22,115 nt of DNA from Nitrosopumilaceae archaeon (GCA_965200155.1 CBDATR010000019.1:1-22115), one strand, 5' to 3'. Numbered from the stretch's first letter, positions 7,516 through 15,542 are shown. Numbers and translations: made by a program. Notes: a model not told the origin generated them from the letters alone.

Positions 7516-8255
7516 TGGACAAGAATCATCTCCTCCTGCTAGGTGATACAGGCACCGGTAAGACTGGCAGTCTCATATCCCTCATACACGCAGGTTACAC
7601 CCTCCGTCTCCTAGACCTCGAAAATGGCTCAAAGATCCTCCGTAATTTTATAAAGGATGAGTGCCCCGAGCGAGCTGGGCAACTGATCATTGAGAGCATG
7701 GCCCCCAAGTTCAGCATTGGTGTGGGTGGGGCCAAACCTTTGAAGGGACAGCACACACTGACGCAGATTGGGATGACGCTGGAGAAGTGGCAGAAGGAAG
7801 CCGCGCCCGATGATGTGATAGTGGTGGACAGCCTGACTGCACTAGGCAGGGCGTGCCTGATCTGGGCGAAGGCACAGAACCCAGGCCTCAAGGACAACCG
7901 AGCGCATTACATGAATGCGCAGGAGGTGGTCGAGCCATTCATCGAGGTCCTCACACATAGCGAATTCCCCTGCCACTCAATAACAATAACACACATAGAC
8001 TACCGTGAAGTATCCGAGGATACGATACGAGGCTATGCATCCAGTGTAGGCAAAGCACTGGGTGATAAGATACCTCGACATTTCAACGAGGTATTTAGGT
8101 ATGACAAGCTAGGATCTGGTAGACAGGTGAAGCATGTCATTTCTACCATTAGTGACGCTGTTACTAATGTTAAGAATTCAGCCCCTAAAAGGCTGAAGCC
8201 TAGTTACCCAATCTCTACAGGATTGGTCGACATTTTCAACACACTTAAAGGATAA
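7515..8255 (+). CDS. AAA_24/Sak4-like P-loop ATPase (putative single-strand annealing recombinase)
   Basis: Walker A GDTGTGKT, LLDLENG, Walker B IVVDSLT; sits between a nuclease and an SSB-like gene. Confidence 0.8.
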   Translation: MDKNHLLLLGDTGTGKTGSLISLIHAGYTLRLLDLENGSKILRNFIKDECPERAGQLIIESMAPKFSIGVGGAKPLKGQHTLTQIGMTLEKWQKEAAPDDVIVVDSLTALGRACLIWAKAQNPGLKDNRAHYMNAQEVVEPFIEVLTHSEFPCHSITITHIDYREVSEDTIRGYASSVGKALGDKIPRHFNEVFRYDKLGSGRQVKHVISTISDAVTNVKNSAPKRLKPSYPISTGLVDIFNTLKG

Positions 8256-8261
8256 ACATAG

Positions 8262-8759
8262 ATGGTTGGTATACTAGAAAGACTCGAAGCAAAGAAAGCA
8301 GACATCAAGCGCCCTCCACATCCTCCAGCTGGACACTATAGGTTTGTCGTATCAAGAAAACACACTACACGAGAATCACGAGATGGCGCTTGGGCCTTCC
8401 TTGAAGTCCCTTGCAAGGCACTGGCAGCACAGGTCGATGTCGATGATAGGGAGCTGGACGACTACGGGGCGAGCGTTGAGACAATCAATGTGAGGCACAC
8501 CTTCATCTTCAATCAGTCTGATGATCCAGATGCGGAAAGGAGCAATCAGCAGACGAGCTTCCAGCTTCAGAACTTCATCAACCTCCTCGGCATCGAGGCA
8601 GAGGATGATGAGTCTTTGCTGTCACAGCTCGACAGGATCGAGGGCATGGAGTTCATAGGACAGTTGACGATTGAGCCTCGTAAGGATAACCCAGAGGCTA
8701 TGAATGTACGCATCAGCCGTACGCTTTCACTCGCACAGATGGGTGAGGATATTCGCTAG
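8262..8759 (+). CDS. Putative ssDNA-binding protein (DUF669-like)
   Basis: PPAGHYRFVV N-terminal motif, acidic composition, and position after the Sak4-like ATPase. Confidence 0.6.
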   Translation: MVGILERLEAKKADIKRPPHPPAGHYRFVVSRKHTTRESRDGAWAFLEVPCKALAAQVDVDDRELDDYGASVETINVRHTFIFNQSDDPDAERSNQQTSFQLQNFINLLGIEAEDDESLLSQLDRIEGMEFIGQLTIEPRKDNPEAMNVRISRTLSLAQMGEDIR

Positions 8760-8770
8760 CCATTCAACTA

Positions 8771-8802
8771 GGAGGGAGCTTCGGCTCCCTCCCTTTCTTC
8801 TT
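8771..8802 (+). terminator. Intrinsic terminator
   Basis: GGAGGGAGC-TTCG-GCTCCCTCC (9-bp stem, cUUCGg loop) followed by CTTTCTTCTT. Confidence 0.85.
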
Positions 8803-8821
8803 GCAGATGGAGTAACTAAGA

Positions 8822-10081
8822 GTGATACCAATTGAAGAGGTGAGAGTGCTGCCAGAAAGGCAGCGTTCTGATATGGGCGACATCGAGGAGCTGGCCAAAT
8901 CCATTGCTAATGCCGGCTTGATCAATCCTATCGTAGTCGATGAGAATAATGTATTGATAGCGGGGGAACGCAGGCTGCGTGCATGCAAAGCACTCGGTAT
9001 GGATATGATCGAGACCCGCCTCCTATCTAACTTGACGGAGATTGAGAAGGAACTGATTGAGCTCGAGGAGAACGCAAAGCGTAAGAACCTGACATGGCAA
9101 GAGCATACGGATGCTGTGTATCGGTACTGCGAGATGCGTCGCAACGAGGAACCCGGCATCAGTGTCGTCGAACTCGCCCTCGAACTGGGTGTGAGTAAGT
9201 CCAAGCTAAGTGAAGACCTCAACATAGCGCAGGCGGTGAAGGATGACAACAACATCGCGGGTCTGGATAAGCGTGGATCCGCACTCAAGGCCATGGCCAA
9301 GAATAAGATGCGGGATCAGCGTGAGGCTCTCAATGCACTCGACCTATCCAGCAGTCCTGCACCGACGCAGAGTAAGGAGGTGGTTCGTGGACCCTGTGAG
9401 CTCCTCAATGAGGATTTCCTCAAGTGGATACATACCTATGAAGGCCTGCCGTTTGACTTCATCCATTGCGATTTCCCCTACGGTATCGAAATCGACAAGT
9501 CAGGCGATCAACTATCATCCGAGCACCAGTCCCAATACAGTGATAGCTTCGACATATTCACGCGGCTCATCCTCGGTCTATCAGAGGCTCGGGACATGGG
9601 TATCATAGCCCCGAACTCGCACCTGATGTTCTGGTGTGCCACCAAATACTTACAAGAAACGCGTGTGCTGCTGCAGGACGCCGGGTTCACAGTCAAACAC
9701 ACACCCCTGATCTGGCACAAGTCAGATGGCAAGGGCGTGTCACCAAACCCATACTACGATGCGCGGCATGTGTATGAGACTGCGCTCATCGCCACGGTAG
9801 GTGACCGCCACATTAGGAGAGTAGTGGACGATGTATACGCTGGCCCTGTGTCTAATAAGTGGCATCGCAATGAGAAGCCTTTCTATGTACTGATGCACTT
9901 CTTCAACATGTTTGTTAAGCGTGGCGAGACTAGGATGCTCGACCCCACCTGCGGCAGTGCATCGTCCGTCAAGGCAGCGCGTATCAACCAGTCCAAGTAT
10001 GCTCTCGGTCTCGAGATTGACCCAGCCATCTACAAAGACGCACGCCTACATCTCGGCTCCATATTGGAAAGAGGTGAATAG
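8822..10081 (+). CDS. ParB/Srx N-terminal domain fused to a beta-class N6A/N4C DNA methyltransferase
   Basis: GLINPIVV and LIAGERRLRA (ParB boxes), an HTH-like segment, catalytic-type motif DFPYG, WHK, H..EKP, and SAM motif LDPTCGSAS. Confidence 0.85.
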   Translation: MIPIEEVRVLPERQRSDMGDIEELAKSIANAGLINPIVVDENNVLIAGERRLRACKALGMDMIETRLLSNLTEIEKELIELEENAKRKNLTWQEHTDAVYRYCEMRRNEEPGISVVELALELGVSKSKLSEDLNIAQAVKDDNNIAGLDKRGSALKAMAKNKMRDQREALNALDLSSSPAPTQSKEVVRGPCELLNEDFLKWIHTYEGLPFDFIHCDFPYGIEIDKSGDQLSSEHQSQYSDSFDIFTRLILGLSEARDMGIIAPNSHLMFWCATKYLQETRVLLQDAGFTVKHTPLIWHKSDGKGVSPNPYYDARHVYETALIATVGDRHIRRVVDDVYAGPVSNKWHRNEKPFYVLMHFFNMFVKRGETRMLDPTCGSASSVKAARINQSKYALGLEIDPAIYKDARLHLGSILERGE

Positions 10082-11082
10082 TGCTGGTGGTGGGGGAGGC
10101 GTGGGGTGAGCAGGAAGAACTGCAAGGCCTGCCTTTCGTAGGTCCCAGTGGCTGGCTCCTCAAACAGGTCATGCAAAAGGTAGGCATCGCTCCACAGGAT
10201 GTCAGCCACATGACCAATGTGTTTAACCTGCGGCCTGAACGCAACAACATCGAGAGCCTTTGCGCGAGTAAAGAGGAGGGCGTCAAAGGATACGGACCGC
10301 TGGCGCCCGGCAAATATGTGCGAGCAGAATATGAGCAGGAGCTGGCAAGGCTCAAAGAGGAACTGCACGCCTACAAATCAGATCTGGTGCTGGCACTAGG
10401 TAGCACAGCATTGTGGGCATTAACGGGGAATGCAGGCATAGCGAAGAGGCGAGGCTATCTCTTCGAGACGAAGGACGGACAGAAGTGCTTGGCGACCTGG
10501 CACCCTGCCATGGTCCTGCGCAACTACAAACTCATGCCCACCTTCATGATGGACCTAGCCAAAGCGCGGCAGGAGATGGGCAGCCCTCACATCCACAAGA
10601 CAACCAGTCAGCTGTTCGTCCCGTCGCCAGATGATAGGGGTATAGAAGAGCTAATGCTATACTATTTGGTGCGCATCGCACCGGCGCCGTATGTAGTGTG
10701 CGATATCGAGACCGAGGGTGGCACCATCACAGAAATAGGCTTCGCCATCTCATCCACAGAGGCAGTGTGCATCCCATTCTTTAGGCGCCCCAACGAATCA
10801 TACTGGCCCAACGCAGGGCTCGAGGCTGAAGCATGGAGGATGGTGAAGCAGGTGTGTGAGAGCAAGAGACTGGTCGGCCAAAACTTCGCCTATGATATGA
10901 AGTATTTGTGGCAGGCGATGGGCATTGCGTGCAACAACTGGGCACACGACACAATGCTGATGCACCACACCCTCGAGCCCGAGCTTGAGAAAGGCCTCGG
11001 CTATCTCGCGAGTATGTACACCAATCGCCCTGCGTGGAAGTTCATGCGACAAGAGAGCAAGACAGATAAGAAAGGAGACTGA
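10081..11082 (+). CDS. Family-4-like uracil-DNA glycosylase domain fused to the N-terminal part of a DnaQ-like 3'-5' exonuclease (N-terminal subunit of a split PolA)
   Basis: VVGEAWG..E...G.PFVGPSG, TNV, LALG..A, WHPA..LR (UDG); CDIETE (ExoI) and GQNFAYD (ExoII). Confidence 0.88.
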   Translation: MLVVGEAWGEQEELQGLPFVGPSGWLLKQVMQKVGIAPQDVSHMTNVFNLRPERNNIESLCASKEEGVKGYGPLAPGKYVRAEYEQELARLKEELHAYKSDLVLALGSTALWALTGNAGIAKRRGYLFETKDGQKCLATWHPAMVLRNYKLMPTFMMDLAKARQEMGSPHIHKTTSQLFVPSPDDRGIEELMLYYLVRIAPAPYVVCDIETEGGTITEIGFAISSTEAVCIPFFRRPNESYWPNAGLEAEAWRMVKQVCESKRLVGQNFAYDMKYLWQAMGIACNNWAHDTMLMHHTLEPELEKGLGYLASMYTNRPAWKFMRQESKTDKKGD

Positions 11083-11546
11083 TGATGACAGTGTTGAGTG
11101 ACAGATGCCTGACACCGTATCTGGAGGATCATATGATACGCCCCGCTTACTTGGAGAAGATGAAAGCCTACGGTAAGAGCTACGGGCTGTCAAGCGCAGG
11201 GTATGACATTCGCAATGGTGAAGATACTCCCATCAGTGCGGGTGGCTTTGCATTGCTGGTGTCATGGGAGCGCTTCGTGATGCCCAATAATCTGATCGCA
11301 TTCGTGCATGACAAGTCCACATGGGCACGCCTTGGTCTCGCCCTGCAGAACACAGTGATCGAGCCAGGTTGGGAAGGATGGCTCACCCTTGAGGCGACGA
11401 ATCATAGCGAGTTGGATGTGCTGGTACACGCTGGCGAACCCATAGCGCAGATCGTGTTCCATCAACTATCATCACCTCCTCTCAACACATACACCGGCAA
11501 GTATCAGATGCAAGGACGCAAGCCTCAAAAGGCTATCTTTGAATGA
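11082..11546 (+). CDS. dcd: dCTP deaminase (trimeric dUTPase fold)
   Basis: VLSD, SYGLSSAGYDIR, KSTWARLGL, IEPGWEGWLTLE, IAQIVF, Y.GKYQ.Q; AAGGAG RBS. Confidence 0.88.
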   Translation: MMTVLSDRCLTPYLEDHMIRPAYLEKMKAYGKSYGLSSAGYDIRNGEDTPISAGGFALLVSWERFVMPNNLIAFVHDKSTWARLGLALQNTVIEPGWEGWLTLEATNHSELDVLVHAGEPIAQIVFHQLSSPPLNTYTGKYQMQGRKPQKAIFE

Positions 11547-12982
11547 CCGTCTATGATTTAACGAGGGCTGTGCCACGCAACAAGGACGAGGTTGCGTGGT
11601 TCTACAACGGCATTGACTGTCTTGTCACCTACGAGCTCTTCACTGACTTGCATGAACAGATAGAGCGTGCCCCTAGTGAGGTTGGCTGGACCTACCGATT
11701 CGCGCTGCAAAAGCAGGTGCCTATCATGGAGATGGAACTGCGAGGTGTTCGCATGTCCCCCGCCCAGGTAGCCCGGCTATTGAAGCGGCTCACCGCAGAT
11801 CACGCCAACCTACTCAGTAAATATGAGATGCTATGCGACGGCGTCTTCAACCGAAGGTTTAATTATCGGAGTCCTAAGCAAGTAAAGGAACTGTTCTACG
11901 AATACTTGGCGCTGCCAACGGTGAAGAAGCGCAATACCAAGGGTGTGTGGGCTCCTTCCGTTGACCTCGAGGCCCTCGAGAAACTAAAGCAACACTACAC
12001 AGCCATTCCCTTCGCCATCCTCATAGCGGCGATGCGAGACATCTGGAAGCAGATCGGCTTCCTCAACAAGACAACGGGAGGCGATCGTCTCTATACAAGT
12101 TTCAATGTAGCCGGTACCAACACAGGCAGGCTCGCTAGTCGAGCTTCTGATTTTGGGTCGGGGACGAACCTGCAAAACGTTGATCGAAGGTTGCGCACAT
12201 GCTTTGTAGCTGACAAGGGCCATGTGTTGGTGAATGTGGATCTTGAACAGGCTGATAGTCGTAATGTAGGAGCTAAATGTTATGAACTCTTCGTGGAAGA
12301 ATACGGCAAAGATACTGCTGGTCGATATTTGGACGCTTGTGAAAGCAGTGATCTCCACAGCTCTGTTAGTTATCTTGTTTGGCCCGATGTTACTGATGTG
12401 CTGGACACCTATTATCGTAATGAATCTTATAGACAGACGGCAAAGCGACTGGGACACGCTACTAACTACTTTGCGTCTCCTGTATCATTGGGAAAGCGAG
12501 TCAGCATACCAACGCAGATTGTCAAGAACTTCCAAAGACTCTACTTCCAAAGCTTCCCCTGCATCAAGATGTGGCACCAGTGGGTCGCCACACAAATGAA
12601 CGATTACCCCGCTACACTCACCACCTTGTATGGCAGACGGCGAAGGTTCTGGGGACGCAGCAAAGAGGATGCGACGCTTCGTGAGATGCTAGCCTACGAA
12701 CCACAAAGCATGACAGGACATCAGATCGATGCAGCGCTGGAGGCAGTATGGCGTACCTACCCTAGCGTCCAACTGCTGGTGCAGGTACATGATAGCATCC
12801 TATTCCAACTACCAATCAAACACGAACATCTCATCCCCAAGATTAAACAGACCATGACCGACGCATATACTCTCGTATTGAAGGGTGACAGGGAATTCTA
12901 TGTTCCTGTCGAAGCTAAGACAGGAAGCAACTGGGGTGATTATGACGAAGAGCACAACCCAACCGGGCTCCAAAAAGTATGA
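11543..12982 (+). CDS. Family A DNA polymerase (ExoIII helix plus polymerase domain)
   Basis: YNGID, ME.RGV, FNYRSPKQV..L, TGRLAS, NLQNV, motif A DLEQADSR, motif B RQTAKRLGHATNY, motif C VHDS. Confidence 0.95.
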   Translation: MTVYDLTRAVPRNKDEVAWFYNGIDCLVTYELFTDLHEQIERAPSEVGWTYRFALQKQVPIMEMELRGVRMSPAQVARLLKRLTADHANLLSKYEMLCDGVFNRRFNYRSPKQVKELFYEYLALPTVKKRNTKGVWAPSVDLEALEKLKQHYTAIPFAILIAAMRDIWKQIGFLNKTTGGDRLYTSFNVAGTNTGRLASRASDFGSGTNLQNVDRRLRTCFVADKGHVLVNVDLEQADSRNVGAKCYELFVEEYGKDTAGRYLDACESSDLHSSVSYLVWPDVTDVLDTYYRNESYRQTAKRLGHATNYFASPVSLGKRVSIPTQIVKNFQRLYFQSFPCIKMWHQWVATQMNDYPATLTTLYGRRRRFWGRSKEDATLREMLAYEPQSMTGHQIDAALEAVWRTYPSVQLLVQVHDSILFQLPIKHEHLIPKIKQTMTDAYTLVLKGDREFYVPVEAKTGSNWGDYDEEHNPTGLQKV

Positions 12983-14153
12983 ACGGGACTTCGGGGACTG
13001 GGTTGATGCATTCATAGAAGCCACCAACCAGACCACTGCACCCCAGTGCTTCCGGCTATGGGGTGCCATCAGCTGCATCGCTGGAGTGCTGGAGCGCAAG
13101 GTCCATGTGCACACCCTCGGTTCAAACCTATACCCAAATCTCTATGTCATACTGTGTGCGAGACCTGGGGTGGGTAAGACAGAGGTGACGGACAGGGTGC
13201 GCCAAGCGTGGACTTCGGTCGATGGGCTGCACATAGCTTCGGCGAACATGTCCCGCGCATCTCTTACGGACAGCTTGCAGGACGCCAAAGTCGTGTCGGG
13301 CGCGTATGAATACAACGCGCTGCTCGCCTCGGTTAACGAGCTAGGTGTCCTGCTGCCATCCTACGACCTCGAGTTCATGTCTCATCTAACCGATTTGTAT
13401 GACTGCAAGGTGTACACTGAGAGGAAGCGCGGCGGTGGTCTGAAGATTAACATCCCAAATCCATACCTGAACATGCTATGCGGCACACAGCCCGGCTTCC
13501 TACACTCGCTGTTACCTGAAGTGGCATGGGAACAGGGCTTCATGTCCCGGTGCATACTCGTATACAGTGGTGAGAAGATCCAACAGGACTTGTTTACAGT
13601 CTCCAACCTAAACCTTGAACGGCTGTACAAAGATCTGAAGCTCATTAACAACATGTCAGGGAGATTTAAATGGGCTGATGATGCCAAGGATTACATCAAC
13701 AGGTGGCACCTGTCGGGAGGTGAGCCGCGCCCCTCTCATCCCAAGCTTAGTAACTACAACGAGCGTCGCACCGCGCATGTGCTGAAGCTGTGTCAGGTGG
13801 CTAGTGCTAGCCAAGGCGGTTCGATGCTGATCGAGGAAGCGCATGTGAAAAGGTCGGTGCGCTGGTTGACTGAGGCCGAGGCGAATATGGAGGACATCTT
13901 TAAGACGATGTCTTCAGGTGGTGACAGCGCCACCATTAGTGAAGCATTTCACTATCTGTGGACTACATTCGTACGCGAGGGTAAACGAGGCGTTGCTGCA
14001 TCCAGGCTAAATGCGTTCTTGATGGATAGGACTGATGCGTACAAAGTGAGACATGTCATTGAAATAATGGAGCGATCTGGTATGATTAAGACCACAGTTA
14101 TTGAGGGTAAGACAGCCTACATTCCACAAGCCAAGGGAGGTGAGAAGAGATGA
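12942..14153 (+). CDS. DUF3987-like P-loop ATPase, putative replicative helicase (start uncertain)
   Basis: W.AIS.IAG.L.RKV, YPNLYVIL, Walker A RPGVGKT, NELG, LTDLYD, R..G, NML.GTQP, GFMSR; no primase domain. Confidence 0.75.
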   Translation: MTKSTTQPGSKKYERDFGDWVDAFIEATNQTTAPQCFRLWGAISCIAGVLERKVHVHTLGSNLYPNLYVILCARPGVGKTEVTDRVRQAWTSVDGLHIASANMSRASLTDSLQDAKVVSGAYEYNALLASVNELGVLLPSYDLEFMSHLTDLYDCKVYTERKRGGGLKINIPNPYLNMLCGTQPGFLHSLLPEVAWEQGFMSRCILVYSGEKIQQDLFTVSNLNLERLYKDLKLINNMSGRFKWADDAKDYINRWHLSGGEPRPSHPKLSNYNERRTAHVLKLCQVASASQGGSMLIEEAHVKRSVRWLTEAEANMEDIFKTMSSGGDSATISEAFHYLWTTFVREGKRGVAASRLNAFLMDRTDAYKVRHVIEIMERSGMIKTTVIEGKTAYIPQAKGGEKR

Positions 14154-14578
14154 GATACATCTCTAATAATGTGCAGAATGGCTGGATGCTTAGACGCGGT
14201 CTGCGTGGCCGATGGTTGACTGTGTACCTGCACCACTACCCAGCAGGGTGCAGTGAGAAGACTGAGCGGATGCACAACCACCCATGGAAGTACAGCATTA
14301 GTCTGTTGTTGAAAGGAAGGATGACTGAACAAATCTTCAGTCGGACAAGACGCCGATTAGGCCCCAGCCTTAGGTTCTACACTCACGATACACATCATAG
14401 GGTTGTGTCTGGTTTAGGCTGGAGCCTATTTATCGGCATCGCGCGAATGCAGCATCGGAACCCTAGCTTCACATGCCGGGTGCCGGAAGGTTACGCGCAT
14501 TACACCGAGCTGACTCCTGAGGAAGTGGGATACAGGTTTGATGTAACCTCGTCCATAAAACGGACAGGGTTACGCTAG
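14150..14578 (+). CDS. Cupin-fold protein with a His cluster
   Basis: VYLHHY, MHNHPW...SLLLKG..TE, THHRV, WSLFI; ATGA overlap with the previous gene. Confidence 0.65.
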   Translation: MRYISNNVQNGWMLRRGLRGRWLTVYLHHYPAGCSEKTERMHNHPWKYSISLLLKGRMTEQIFSRTRRRLGPSLRFYTHDTHHRVVSGLGWSLFIGIARMQHRNPSFTCRVPEGYAHYTELTPEEVGYRFDVTSSIKRTGLR

Positions 14579-15021
14579 CGCTGCCACAATTCACATTCAG
14601 CCTGACGCCTCCTAACCAGTCCGGGCAGTTTCATACCACGGGCGTACACCCATCGCATTAATTGAGTAGGCGCCGCGTCGTATTCCTGACGGTTTACGAC
14701 GCGGCGTAGCGTTGAGACCTGTAAGTTACCACTGCCACAGTTGAAACAGAAGTCTATTAACGCTGCTTCTTGTCCCGCTGTCAAGGGCACATTGATGAGT
14801 CGTGCCACGGCACCCACTGCCGTCATCATATCATCCTCGAGCAAGCTATGTGCTGCATCTATACTAATCGACTGCCATTGAGCGAGGGGAATGTGAGTAT
14901 TACGTGAGAGCAGGTGCCCATACCCGATGGTAGGATACCCCACCGGATCCCTGTAGGGGTCCAAGCTTAACCCTTCAAACTCCTTGGCACATTCCGCAGC
15001 CAGCCGCAAGGCCTCGCTCAT
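14575..15021 (-). CDS. Endolysin, GH24 phage lysozyme
   Basis: FEG...PYRD..G.PTIGYGH (E-x8-D-x5-T), AL..F.FN.G, STL.R, RWVY, GLVRRR..E. Confidence 0.96.
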   Translation of the reverse strand: MSEALRLAAECAKEFEGLSLDPYRDPVGYPTIGYGHLLSRNTHIPLAQWQSISIDAAHSLLEDDMMTAVGAVARLINVPLTAGQEAALIDFCFNCGSGNLQVSTLRRVVNRQEYDAAPTQLMRWVYARGMKLPGLVRRRQAECELWQR

Positions 15022-15542
15022 TTTTCCATGACCCGGCGCCTCGTGCGATCGCCAAACCAGAACGCTACGATCAGCAGCATCAGCTCTTGGTCAAAGTCGG
15101 TGAACGCGAGCGGGTGTGACAAGGTAAGAACGAGGTCTTGTTTTTGCTCATAGATGAATAGCAGCGAGGCGAGCTTGACGCTGCCCCATACTCCGAAGAT
15201 GAAGTAGCTGACTGTTGGACGTACGGAGCTGATGAACCAGTCCAGCGCACTGAACATAATAAAAGCGATACTAAATATCCAACCATTAATCAGACCCTCG
15301 TTATGCTGTGCCGCATTCAGGATTTGTACACCGTAAGACTGATGGGGCTTGCGTGCAGCAATCTGACTTTGCAACGCCGCCTGCTCATGTATCAAATCCA
15401 TGCGCCAATCATGCTCTTGAGCAGCATGATTAAGGCGCAGCTTCATCATCTGTAATTCCTGCTTATGATCCACCCACCCCTTGCCCATACCTATAAGGTC
15501 GGGCAGGAAGGGAGCGAGGAAACCCAGGGCTGCGGCTATCAT
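15018..15542 (-). CDS. Putative holin (3-TM, GTA-holin-like)
   Basis: SVRP motif, hydrophobic segments, C-terminal FWFG.R and a basic tail; directly upstream of the endolysin. Confidence 0.7.
   Translation of the reverse strand: MIAAALGFLAPFLPDLIGMGKGWVDHKQELQMMKLRLNHAAQEHDWRMDLIHEQAALQSQIAARKPHQSYGVQILNAAQHNEGLINGWIFSIAFIMFSALDWFISSVRPTVSYFIFGVWGSVKLASLLFIYEQKQDLVLTLSHPLAFTDFDQELMLLIVAFWFGDRTRRRVMEK

Noticed and set aside
8822-10081. ParABS partition system or restriction-modification system
   Set aside because: No ParA-type ATPase (deviant Walker A) and no cognate restriction endonuclease next to the gene.
11082-11546. Intron or intein interrupting polA
   Set aside because: The insert is entirely a dcd ORF with overlapping start/stop codons; there is no room for a ribozyme core, and no homing endonuclease or intein motifs.
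11984-12599. Overlapping ORFs 11984-12457 (-) and 12282-12599 (+) inside polA
   Set aside because: No RBS or recognisable motifs; explained by the codon bias of polA.
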